Of a stretch of DNA of 40,579 nt, positions 10,046 to 18,232 are shown one piece after another. The notes below the pieces were generated by a model. It saw only the letters and a program-made list of their open reading frames with translations. It searched no databases and was not told the DNA's origin. The translations under genes were made by a program, and so were the position numbers. Each line of letters starts with the position of its first letter. Position 1 is the stretch's first letter. Source of the DNA: a virus (taxonomy: Duplodnaviria; Caudoviricetes); IMG/VR virus record IMGVR_UViG_3300047561_000337, positions 1 to 40,579 of that record; one strand, given 5' to 3'.

Positions 10046-10464
10046 TAGAAACCTCTGTCAAGCAAGGCTCTATAAAGTAATTCTGATTCTCCACTTTGGT
10101 CATACTGTGCAATCTGACGAATAGTTTGAGAAGCTGAGTACTGCATGTTAGGAATTTTTAATGCTTCAGTTCCAGGACCAGGACCCATATCTATACCAGC
10201 GGTAACAGGTTCTTCTGGACGCATAGAAGGTTGAGATAAAGAAACGTTAGGCATAGGCATAGCAGGAATATCATTTCCTTGAATAGGAGCACCTGTTTGT
10301 TGCTCCATGTTGCCGCCTTTACCATAACCTAAACCAGCCATGTATTTAGCAGGTTGTGTCATTCCCTCTACAGCTCCGCCATCAGTACGCTTTGATAAAG
10401 CTCCTGGGCCAGATACTGGTGCTGGATTGCTAGGTTGACGATATCCGCCTTGTCCGTTTGCCAT
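10045..10464 (-). CDS. Pro/Gly-rich virion-associated protein, 139 aa
   Basis: ORF with AGGAG RBS; RQPSNPAPVSGPGALSKRTDGG motif; in the structural operon. Confidence 0.7.
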   Translation of the reverse strand: MANGQGGYRQPSNPAPVSGPGALSKRTDGGAVEGMTQPAKYMAGLGYGKGGNMEQQTGAPIQGNDIPAMPMPNVSLSQPSMRPEEPVTAGIDMGPGPGTEALKIPNMQYSASQTIRQIAQYDQSGESELLYRALLDRGF

Positions 10465-10472
10465 TTATACTC

Positions 10473-11015
10473 CTACTTAATCTTCCTAGGTTGTTCTCTT
10501 GACATGAATGGTCCAGCAGTAAATGCTGTAAGTTTTGCTGCTATCTCCATAGCTTCGTATGCATCAGCTCCTGCATGAATAGCACCTAGTACATATGGTG
10601 CTCCTGAACCTGCAGCGTACACTCCATCTGCAGATTTACTTACTGATAATTCTTGGTCGATATCAAATATTTCTCCACCTACAGCTACGATAAACTGGAA
10701 GCGAGTATCTTTTGTATCTTCATCAAAATTGTATCCATTATCTGTCATGCATTTACGTAATGAAGGCATAGCCTTTACAATCATGAAATGATATAAATCA
10801 TCTCTTTCTTGCTTACTAGGTGTAGGCGGTTCCCAGATATGCTGCGCAATATCACAGGGTAATGTCTCACCTGAACCTGCTATTAAAAACATTCCTCTAG
10901 ATGAAATCTTTTGAACTTCTGGGTGAGTATAAATTCTTCCACCCTCATCAGTAGTCTGGCTATCTGCAACTATGAAGCAACGGTCTTTGTGTTCTAATCC
11001 AATGATTGTTGTCAT
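10473..11015 (-). CDS. Proteasome beta-subunit / HslV-like Ntn hydrolase
   Basis: N-terminal M-TT (Thr nucleophile), ADSQTT, conserved Lys (QKI), IAGSG, and AAGSG..LGA motifs; 180 aa. Confidence 0.8.
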   Translation of the reverse strand: MTTIIGLEHKDRCFIVADSQTTDEGGRIYTHPEVQKISSRGMFLIAGSGETLPCDIAQHIWEPPTPSKQERDDLYHFMIVKAMPSLRKCMTDNGYNFDEDTKDTRFQFIVAVGGEIFDIDQELSVSKSADGVYAAGSGAPYVLGAIHAGADAYEAMEIAAKLTAFTAGPFMSREQPRKIK

Positions 11016-11029
11016 GTCCCCTGTCCAAT

Positions 11030-12823
11030 TTAACCTACTTGACGACGATTACTTGTTCTTACACTACTTCCCACTTTGCCTGTAGCGTTTAAGCTACTAA
11101 GTAAAGTTTGTAATTCTGGTCTTTGTTGAACCATTCCTGGTCCTGGTGGTGGGGCTTCTTGTGGTTGTGAGCCTCCAACTGGAGCGCCGGGAGCAGAGGG
11201 GACGGACGGCTGCTCGACCGATAGTGCGCCACCAGCTGGAGGATTCTCTGGTGCAAATACCTCACTGATGGCATCTTCAATTGCTATGCCTTTCTGACGT
11301 TGCCTAATGACTTCAGCTATCTTATTAACAATAGTGCTGGGGTCACCGCCCTGGGCAGCGAGTTGAGGTATTGCTTGTGCGTAAGCTTGCAATGAACCAA
11401 TCAATGCAGCTCGCATATCTTCTGTTTCAATACGCTCTTGTTCTAAGGTGACGTTGACGTTAAATGGCAACTCACGCATAGCCATATCTTTAGAGATAAG
11501 CTTTCCGCCAAGAGCTTGAAGCATGAAGATAAGTCCTTGTGCTGGATTTAAACCAGCCAACATTCCGTATCTTACATCGGCTGAGTAATCACCCTTAATA
11601 TCTTTTGTAGGTGTGTATGTAACCGCATAAGGTGCACCAGCATCGGTGCCACGAATTGTTTTTTCTACGTTAAATAATTTCTCATCTACCTCAAAGCAGA
11701 GAGAAATAACATCACGTAATGCTGTAGTAAATATAGATTGTGCTGACTTAACCTGTGTATCAAAGGCACCTAATAGTGCTTGTACACCTTCGCCAGTAAT
11801 GATTGAAGCTTTAACGTTTCCAGTACGTGACTCAGGATAACGAGCTCCTACGCGAAGTTCTTCGTTTAGAAGTTGTTGTTCTGTAAAAGCTCCTTGTGGG
11901 AGATTAAGTTCAACACGTCTAACACCTGCTGGATTGTTTGTACGGATTACAGCGTCTCCGCCTAATTGTAATTCCTGTACATCGCTTGGTAATACAATTG
12001 GTGCTTGAACAGATTTCTCTGCAGCTTCCATTGCAAGTAAAGCAAAACGGTTACGAAGTAACTGGATTCCTAATACATCATCAAACTGTCCACGAAGCTC
12101 ACCGTCAACACCAGGGCGTCTAGCAATGATTACATTCATCTTACCTAGTGGATTACTTGCTTTTGATAGAACTAAATCTTTTCTTGCTGGTATATAAATA
12201 ACTGATTGGTCTTTATCGTAGTAACGAATCATCTCTATTTGAGAATTAAGGTTTTGTGTATAACCCTCTGAGCCTAGGAGTTGTGATTCAAACTCAGGGA
12301 ACTGGCTAACCAGCTCACCTAGGGTAAGGGTATAACGTTTTACGAATGCTACGCAGCGACCATAACGGTCAAACTCTGGATAAGACCCAATAGGATTTTC
12401 TAATCTAATCCGTGGTAATCCTGCTTCTTCATCTAATTCAACAATGAAAGGAAGGAAACCGTATGTTATGTACATGTCCGCACCGTTGTACATATTTACT
12501 TGCAAATCTGAATGACGGAAATAGTTAGCAGCAATTCTTGTACGTTTATCTGCAAACTGACGTGCTCTATCTGAAACTTGATTTACCGCTGAGCAATTGA
12601 CAGCAGGTAGTGGAGCCATAACTTCTGCAAGGTCTCTTGCAACAATATCAATAAAGTTAGCTACTACGTTTTGGTCTATACCAGCTGGAAAGAAGTTAGG
12701 ATAAACTTGTGAGATTTTTCCTTGACGAACAGAAAGTACGTCTAAGTTACGTGCATCTCTCTCTGTAGAACGATAACGCAGGGATTGAACCCTTGCAGTT
12801 ATCTGTCTCATATCTAATGCCAT
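11030..12823 (-). CDS. Portal protein
   Basis: 597 aa directly downstream of the terminase; NFIDIVARDLAE segment; Pro/Gln-rich C-terminal tail. Confidence 0.85.
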   Translation of the reverse strand: MALDMRQITARVQSLRYRSTERDARNLDVLSVRQGKISQVYPNFFPAGIDQNVVANFIDIVARDLAEVMAPLPAVNCSAVNQVSDRARQFADKRTRIAANYFRHSDLQVNMYNGADMYITYGFLPFIVELDEEAGLPRIRLENPIGSYPEFDRYGRCVAFVKRYTLTLGELVSQFPEFESQLLGSEGYTQNLNSQIEMIRYYDKDQSVIYIPARKDLVLSKASNPLGKMNVIIARRPGVDGELRGQFDDVLGIQLLRNRFALLAMEAAEKSVQAPIVLPSDVQELQLGGDAVIRTNNPAGVRRVELNLPQGAFTEQQLLNEELRVGARYPESRTGNVKASIITGEGVQALLGAFDTQVKSAQSIFTTALRDVISLCFEVDEKLFNVEKTIRGTDAGAPYAVTYTPTKDIKGDYSADVRYGMLAGLNPAQGLIFMLQALGGKLISKDMAMRELPFNVNVTLEQERIETEDMRAALIGSLQAYAQAIPQLAAQGGDPSTIVNKIAEVIRQRQKGIAIEDAISEVFAPENPPAGGALSVEQPSVPSAPGAPVGGSQPQEAPPPGPGMVQQRPELQTLLSSLNATGKVGSSVRTSNRRQVG

Positions 12824-12830
12824 TTAAGTC

Positions 12831-14720
12831 CTAACCGTATATTTCAGACCATTGCTCATTAAAAGCATCGTCTAAGTTGATTGAGTTTCTTTGTTCCATC
12901 TGAGCTCTAGTAGCCCATCTATTATTTAGATAAGGTGTTACCCTTGTACCACTTTGAATTAATTCTCTTGCTCTGATGATGGCAAACCATAAAGCCATAA
13001 CGCAGTCTGTCTTACCTCTAGTGTCCGGCTTCCAGGTAATCAATTGTTGTACTAAAGCTTTGATTCCTTCTGAGCCCTCACTTGATGGGAGTTCGAGGAT
13101 GTTGTTGTTTTGAAACTTACCGTCTTGAGTAGTTCCGAATAAGCTTGACATGGAGGCGACTCCAAAGTTTGAGTCCCATTTATTCTTTCCTGTATGGTGA
13201 GAACTAAGCCGTACGCCGTATCCAGCAAGCCATTGCCGTAAGCTGTCATCTAATTCAAATGCTTTCTGAAATGCGTTAATTTCAATTCGTATTTCTTGGG
13301 GTTTGTATTTGATAGTCATAGCTTCTATAGCATCACGTATCTTTTGATAACTAGGTTCTGCCATGTTTAAGCAATCTAGTACGTATATACGCCCATCAAC
13401 TCTATTAAAAGTTATTGCAACTAAAGCTGCATGGCCAGCAATAGCTGGGTCCATACCAATAATGGTGTAGCCTTCAACGTTCTTAGGATGGCCTTGTACC
13501 CCTGGCTTTAAAGGTCCGACTCTTCTAGCCCCGAGTATGCTTCCCTGTACCAAGGCTGGTGGGAAGATAGAGTTTTCTTGTACGTCTTCTTGTTGGTAGA
13601 CAAGAGCCCACGTAGTAGGAGTAACCTCGGAACGACGTTTAAATAATGTTTGTCCATCCCACTTGGGATAATATCCAGCTTCGTTGGGAGGTACTGTTTC
13701 ATCGCCATCCCATGGGACATCTGATTCTTTCCAAAGCGTAACCCAATTCTTTGGGTCAACATCGTACTCAAGTACAGCAGGCATACCCATATAAGTAAAG
13801 GGAGACTTACCACCAGACCAATGCTCAGGACTACGAAGTTCCTTATATAGGTCACTTGGCGCAATTCTAGTCCCCACTATTAATAGCTTGCCGTTTTTGC
13901 CGAGACGAGTGATAACTTCTTTTTGTAGCCAGTTGAGTTGTTTTTCCCATTCATGGGCATTGGCTGTGGTTATCACGTCGTCAAGAATAATTAAATCTGC
14001 ACGGGCTCCATAAATCTGCCCACCCATACCTAGTGCTTGAATGGTAGGGTCTTTCTCACTTGAGTTACGAGCATCGCTCCCGAGGTACACTGTATCAGTT
14101 CGCCAAGTATCTGCGTCTTCTTTCCACCCACCTTGAGGACCAAATGCATTCTGCATCTTAAGCCATCTTGGGTGTGAGAGACGTTGCTTGATTGCGTACA
14201 CGTATTCTCGTGCCTTTACTAGTGTCTTAGAAACAACGATGATTCTAACGTTAGGGTCGAGAGCGATACGGTATGTTGAGTAGTTCACGGTTATCACCGT
14301 GCTCTTAGCGTGCTCCGGTGGCACGTTAATAAGAATCCTAGCTTTGTCAGCCTTATCATATATCATGTTAGGATGAAGCCAGGAAGGTTCCCGTCCCTCT
14401 AACAGGTCGACCCAGTCTTGATGATGTGGGAAGACTGTCTGGTCTAAAAAATTTTTTGAAAAATCAGCAAAGGGTAAATCCTTCTTATCATAACCTAGGT
14501 TAGCTAGAGTGAGACTCTCACCTAGTTCCTTAGCCTTAGCTAACTCCTTTGCAAAGTCAGCATCCCTAAGCATCCACTGACGAACCGTATCCGGTTTCTT
14601 GCCAGCCATGTTCATAGCTTGGTGGGTAGTAGCTCCTTGGCTCACTAACTCTATAACCTTAGCTTTTGCCTCGGCTAGAGCCTTAACCTTGAAATGCTCC
14701 TCGCCAGCCTTGAATGTCAT
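12831..14720 (-). CDS. terL: Terminase large subunit with N-terminal HTH-like extension
   Basis: Walker A PPEHAKST, Walker B LIILDD, nuclease IIGMDPA and DCVMALW; start moved to ATG 14720 (AAGGAC RBS). Confidence 0.92.
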   Translation of the reverse strand: MTFKAGEEHFKVKALAEAKAKVIELVSQGATTHQAMNMAGKKPDTVRQWMLRDADFAKELAKAKELGESLTLANLGYDKKDLPFADFSKNFLDQTVFPHHQDWVDLLEGREPSWLHPNMIYDKADKARILINVPPEHAKSTVITVNYSTYRIALDPNVRIIVVSKTLVKAREYVYAIKQRLSHPRWLKMQNAFGPQGGWKEDADTWRTDTVYLGSDARNSSEKDPTIQALGMGGQIYGARADLIILDDVITTANAHEWEKQLNWLQKEVITRLGKNGKLLIVGTRIAPSDLYKELRSPEHWSGGKSPFTYMGMPAVLEYDVDPKNWVTLWKESDVPWDGDETVPPNEAGYYPKWDGQTLFKRRSEVTPTTWALVYQQEDVQENSIFPPALVQGSILGARRVGPLKPGVQGHPKNVEGYTIIGMDPAIAGHAALVAITFNRVDGRIYVLDCLNMAEPSYQKIRDAIEAMTIKYKPQEIRIEINAFQKAFELDDSLRQWLAGYGVRLSSHHTGKNKWDSNFGVASMSSLFGTTQDGKFQNNNILELPSSEGSEGIKALVQQLITWKPDTRGKTDCVMALWFAIIRARELIQSGTRVTPYLNNRWATRAQMEQRNSINLDDAFNEQWSEIYG

Positions 14721-14785
14721 GGTGTCCTTTAGATAGTCCTTCGCCGTCCTACACTGTCTGTAACACCTGTACTGTAACTGTATGA

Positions 14786-14808
14786 GCCAGGCTATATAAA
14801 AGCCTGGC
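14786..14808. promoter_or_regulatory. Inverted repeat in the terminase leader
   Basis: GCCAGGCT-ATATAAA-AGCCTGGC, perfect 8-bp arms. Confidence 0.45.
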
Positions 14809-15145
14809 GAATAACTTACTGCTACATACAGTACTAATCCGTCCAAACGGGTAAAACGGACGTTTTATTTTAAAGTATTTTTATTTCCTATGCTAGGTTG
14901 GTCGTTATGTCCTATTTTGTACCAGTTTGACAGGGGGCAAAGGTAACTATAACCACAAATAATTTTGAGGAGAGATACAGTATTACAGTCACTGCCATAT
15001 TAATAACCCTCCGGGTCATGTCTATACAGACTATAACTGCTATAGCAGGTGGACTGCTACGGACTGCTCTCTCCCTCGTCCTATGTCCTCAGTCGCCCTG
15101 CCTTAATAATAGAAATACCCCAGGCTAAATGATTTAATACCAAGC

Positions 15146-15511
15146 GGGAACACAGTGGTGACGTGGGTAACATTGCTCTACTCCGCCACATTGTACCGTG
15201 GTTTCCCAAAAGTCAAGGCTGTTAGTCCCAGCGCTCAGCTCGTCGCCCAAGGGCGCCGTGCTACTGGCTGTAGAACTCTCGTTGAATTCTGTTCCAGAAT
15301 TACACCAAGACTTCAACAACAACCTGACCTTGACTTTGATGGCCGTTACTCTATAGGTAAATTGTTCTATGGGAAACTACCCAAAAAACTATGTCAGTCC
15401 ATATCAGTCTGAAAAAGTAACAGGGCTGAAGCCCCTTTTTCAGACAGTTGGACTGGATAGTTTTTATGGCACGGTTCAATTGGCTCCATGTAGAGCAACC
15501 ATGCACTACAT
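15146..15511 (+). ncRNA. Candidate large structured RNA or structured leader
   Basis: Consecutive stems including AAAGTCAAGG/CCTTGACTTT (10 bp), GTCTGAAAAAG/CTTTTTCAGAC (11 bp), AAAAACTAT/ATAGTTTTT and CAGTCCA/TGGACTG; strand inferred from the downstream genes. Confidence 0.55.
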
Positions 15512-15529
15512 AAAGAAAGGAAAGTAAAG

Positions 15530-15913
15530 ATGACAAATAACGGAATCAACATCACAAACCAATGCTACGACTGCTTACAAATGGACGCATTGTGTGATAA
15601 CTGCCAAGACCTTGCGGACGCAAGAGTTACTGACATAGCCCACGAACTAGTAGATGAAGGTAACCTTCAGTACAAGTTCCAATGGGTTCATACCTCAGAG
15701 TTCAGTGGCCATGACTGGATAGGCTCGCTGACCCGACAAAATGACGGGTCAGTTCGCAATGAGTACTATGAAGGCGAGATTCAAGCCCGTTCTGAATCTA
15801 TGGCTTCAGATGATGACCCTGAAATTCCAAACAATCAAGTTGTTTGTAATTGGTGTCATCTAACAACACTAGCACAAACCAAGTGTGTCAACTGCGACGA
15901 GTACGTATCATGA
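15530..15913 (+). CDS. Early hypothetical protein with four CxxC motifs
   Basis: AGAAAGG RBS, 127 aa. Confidence 0.8.
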   Translation: MTNNGINITNQCYDCLQMDALCDNCQDLADARVTDIAHELVDEGNLQYKFQWVHTSEFSGHDWIGSLTRQNDGSVRNEYYEGEIQARSESMASDDDPEIPNNQVVCNWCHLTTLAQTKCVNCDEYVS

Positions 15914-16017
15914 GTATAGAAATCGACCCATCAAAACCTACCGTACCATCCATAGGAAAATGTCCTAAATGCGGTAGGTTAACAATAGGTGATTGGTGTA
16001 CTTGTCCAAGTAAGTAA
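15910..16017 (+). CDS. Small Cys-rich protein (35 aa)
   Basis: ATGA overlap with the upstream stop; MSIEIDPSKPTVPSIGKCPKCGRLTIGDWCTCPSK. Confidence 0.55.
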   Translation: MSIEIDPSKPTVPSIGKCPKCGRLTIGDWCTCPSK

Positions 16018-16026
16018 CTAACAGGC

Positions 16027-16056
16027 TTGCCCCCAGTAACAAGTGACAGGGGGCAA
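16027..16056 (+). promoter_or_regulatory. GC-rich hairpin upstream of the SSB-like gene
   Basis: TTGCCCCC...GGGGGCAA arms. Confidence 0.45.
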
Positions 16057-16086
16057 CCCCCAACTAACTAAGAAATGGAGCACTAA

Positions 16087-16410
16087 ATGAACACAGTATC
16101 ACTAACAGGACAAATCAAGAATATCCAAACTAAAGAGAACGGTAACTGGAAAATTAAAACCGCTTCATTCTCCCAATACACCATATTGGAAAATGGTAGA
16201 ACCGGTTGCTTGGTTACATTCCCTATAGTATTCACTCAGAACCGCCTTGGTTTAGCAGACGGATTAACTCCTAATGCAGACGGCATCATCCCAAATGTAC
16301 AACTTACAGGTCGATTAGTAACTAACTTCGACCGTCGTAAAGATGTAGAGAATGCAGACCGTCGCAAACCATGGACTCAAATAGAGGTTACTGAGTTAGT
16401 CGTAAGTTAA
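16087..16410 (+). CDS. Single-stranded DNA-binding (OB-fold)-like protein
   Basis: MNTVSLTG start, VQLTGRLVT and TQIEVTEL strands resemble SSB; lacks an acidic tail. Confidence 0.6.
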   Translation: MNTVSLTGQIKNIQTKENGNWKIKTASFSQYTILENGRTGCLVTFPIVFTQNRLGLADGLTPNADGIIPNVQLTGRLVTNFDRRKDVENADRRKPWTQIEVTELVVS

Positions 16411-16417
16411 TATAAGC

Positions 16418-16462
16418 AGGAGAGTGGCTGGCTTCGGTCAGTCACTCTCCTTATTTTTTTTT
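16418..16462 (+). terminator. Rho-independent terminator
   Basis: GGAGAGTGGCTGGC-TTCG-GTCAGTCACTCTCC followed by a long T tract. Confidence 0.92.
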
Positions 16463-16520
16463 ATGTCGGCCCGGCATCGTAAAAACCTGGTACACATGTC
16501 GATACAAGAAAGGAGTACCC

Positions 16521-16646
16521 ATGTATATAGAAGTAACAGACACGATAGCTATTATTATTGCGCTGACTCTGAGTAGCACACTAGTAATTACAACAGCTAT
16601 TAAGAATGCTAAACTAACACGGAAGTTAAACTCAACCAAGAACTAA
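16521..16646 (+). CDS. Small single-pass membrane protein (41 aa)
   Basis: AGAAAGGAG RBS; MYIEVTDTIAIIIALTLSSTLVITTAIKNAKLTRKLNSTKN. Confidence 0.7.
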   Translation: MYIEVTDTIAIIIALTLSSTLVITTAIKNAKLTRKLNSTKN

Positions 16647-16655
16647 GGGAGGTGT

Positions 16656-16880
16656 ATGTACTTAGATGATATTGCAGAGCAAGTCCGTAAGTATAAGGTC
16701 GTCACATACACGGACCACAGACAGGATAGTTACGTCATGTACTATGACGATTACAGTACTGCGCTTGACTGCTGGCGCAGAGAACTTAACAGCAACTCAG
16801 CAGCAAAGTATACCGCCAGTGTTGCACTCATCCGAGTCGATACTGGTGAACCAATAATGAGACAAACATGGAGGACATGA
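16656..16880 (+). CDS. Hypothetical protein (74 aa)
   Basis: GGGAGGTG RBS. Confidence 0.7.
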   Translation: MYLDDIAEQVRKYKVVTYTDHRQDSYVMYYDDYSTALDCWRRELNSNSAAKYTASVALIRVDTGEPIMRQTWRT

Positions 16881-17170
16881 TGGAAATCTATACACCGGTA
16901 GTGTTCAAGGCTACCATAAATGAAAGCGCAGTACCTCAAGTAATGAAGTATAGCGAGATACGAATGCAGATGGCTACTGACCAGTCAGTACATGAGCTAT
17001 TAGATTTCGTATTGAAAACTATTAATGAGGGTAATGAGTGGGCACATCTGGAATACATCAAGCCAGTTAATACAACTGACACCTCTGCCTCGTTTGAGTT
17101 AGAGAAAGAGGTAGACTGGGAGGATGAACTTAACCATCTAATCAAGCAGTATCAGGAGGATAACGAATGA
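16868..17170 (+). CDS. Hypothetical acidic protein (~100 aa)
   Basis: Overlap-coupled ORF; the start may be a few codons later, after GGAGG. Confidence 0.7.
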   Translation: MEDMMEIYTPVVFKATINESAVPQVMKYSEIRMQMATDQSVHELLDFVLKTINEGNEWAHLEYIKPVNTTDTSASFELEKEVDWEDELNHLIKQYQEDNE

Positions 17171-17325
17171 CTCTAATGGGTTATAGTGAGGAACAAATCA
17201 AAGAAGTAATAGACGCATGCTACAAGGCAGGCACCGGTGGTTCATATGTTAATCAAGAACACCGGACGTTGGTCGAGATAGCAGGCGACATACTTGATGG
17301 ACTTGTCGAGGAAGGTAGAGTCTAA
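17167..17325 (+). CDS. Hypothetical protein (52 aa)
   Basis: AGGAGG RBS and ATGA overlap; MTLMGYSEEQIK...GLVEEGRV. Confidence 0.65.
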   Translation: MTLMGYSEEQIKEVIDACYKAGTGGSYVNQEHRTLVEIAGDILDGLVEEGRV

Positions 17326-17498
17326 TGCCTAAGTATAAAGTGTGGAAAATTACCACCTATGAGCAAGAGCAAGACGTAACCGCACTAAATGAAACAGACG
17401 CAGTTGAACAAGCCAGGCTACACAATGCTTGGCTTGCACCTATGGACCAGGAGGAGAAGTATGAAGCTCAATGGATTGGAGATGAGTACTATGAATGA
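17325..17498 (+). CDS. Hypothetical protein (57 aa)
   Basis: TAATG coupling; MPKYKVWKITTYEQEQDVTALNETDAVEQA... Confidence 0.6.
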   Translation: MPKYKVWKITTYEQEQDVTALNETDAVEQARLHNAWLAPMDQEEKYEAQWIGDEYYE

Positions 17499-17640
17499 TG
17501 TAGTAGATGACATCGCATGGCAAGTTACTATCCATACTAATGATGTTGTTGGTATGACTGATGAAGCAAAGACTAAGTTCATCAGTGACCTAAGCAAAGC
17601 AATACAAAGTATCTGCTGGTCTTATGGGGTGCATAACTAA
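17491..17640 (+). CDS. Hypothetical protein (49 aa)
   Basis: 3' part of track ORF 17389-17640; start chosen to avoid a long overlap. Confidence 0.55.
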   Translation: MNDVVDDIAWQVTIHTNDVVGMTDEAKTKFISDLSKAIQSICWSYGVHN

Positions 17641-17774
17641 TGAGTGAACCTAGGTACTTAGAAGGTGATGACGCTGCCTTGGATACTAAACCATGTGATG
17701 GTTGTGACCAAGAGGAATGCGTATGTGATGATGATGACTCAGGTTTACCTGACCGTATGTGGGAGGATGAATGA
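17640..17774 (+). CDS. Small acidic Cys-rich protein (44 aa)
   Basis: TAATG/ATGA coupled on both sides; MSEPRYLEGDDAALDTKPCDGCDQEECVCDDDDSGLPDRMWEDE. Confidence 0.65.
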   Translation: MSEPRYLEGDDAALDTKPCDGCDQEECVCDDDDSGLPDRMWEDE

Positions 17775-18217
17775 AAGATATAGTTAAACGTAACGTATCT
17801 ATCTTTACTTCCTTCTGGTTCATACTAAGTGGGTTGATTGGGTATCCCTCGTCAGCATATGCAATAGCAATAGGTAGTAGACCGGAATGCAAAGAGGTGC
17901 CTAACTCTTACTGGACACCACGTCTTGCTAAGACATACGCCCGTGCATACATGAACATAATGTATGACTGGAATTCATCAGAGTTTATAGCTCTGAATAA
18001 ATTGTGGACTGCTGAATCTCATTGGAGACATGAAGCTTTCAATAAGAGTGCAGATAAACATTCAGGTAAACATGCGGGTGGTATACCACAGATACTTGGA
18101 CTGGACCCTAAAGCGCCAGCCCCGCTACAGATTGAGCGGGGACTGGCCTATATAGAACATAAGTATGGACGTCCGTCTATCGCTTGGACACACCACCGCA
18201 AACACGGTTGGTACTAA
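17771..18217 (+). CDS. Secreted lytic transglycosylase (lysozyme-like/SLT fold)
   Basis: Signal peptide or TM; LWTAESHW (catalytic Glu), AGGIPQ, QIERGLAYIEHKYG and HGWY motifs. Confidence 0.8.
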   Translation: MKDIVKRNVSIFTSFWFILSGLIGYPSSAYAIAIGSRPECKEVPNSYWTPRLAKTYARAYMNIMYDWNSSEFIALNKLWTAESHWRHEAFNKSADKHSGKHAGGIPQILGLDPKAPAPLQIERGLAYIEHKYGRPSIAWTHHRKHGWY

Positions 18218-18232
18218 CAGAAAGGAAATGCA

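Noticed and set aside
14721-14846. N-terminal extension of the terminase given in the ORF track
   Set aside because: It runs through hairpins and repeat motifs; ATG 14720 has a good RBS
14847-15530. tRNA or tmRNA genes
   Set aside because: No cloverleaf with a T-loop GTTCRA and acceptor stem was recognised here or in other gaps
15134-15536. ORFs 15155-15412, 15134-15322 and 15351-15536
   Set aside because: No convincing RBS or protein features; the region is better explained by base-paired structure
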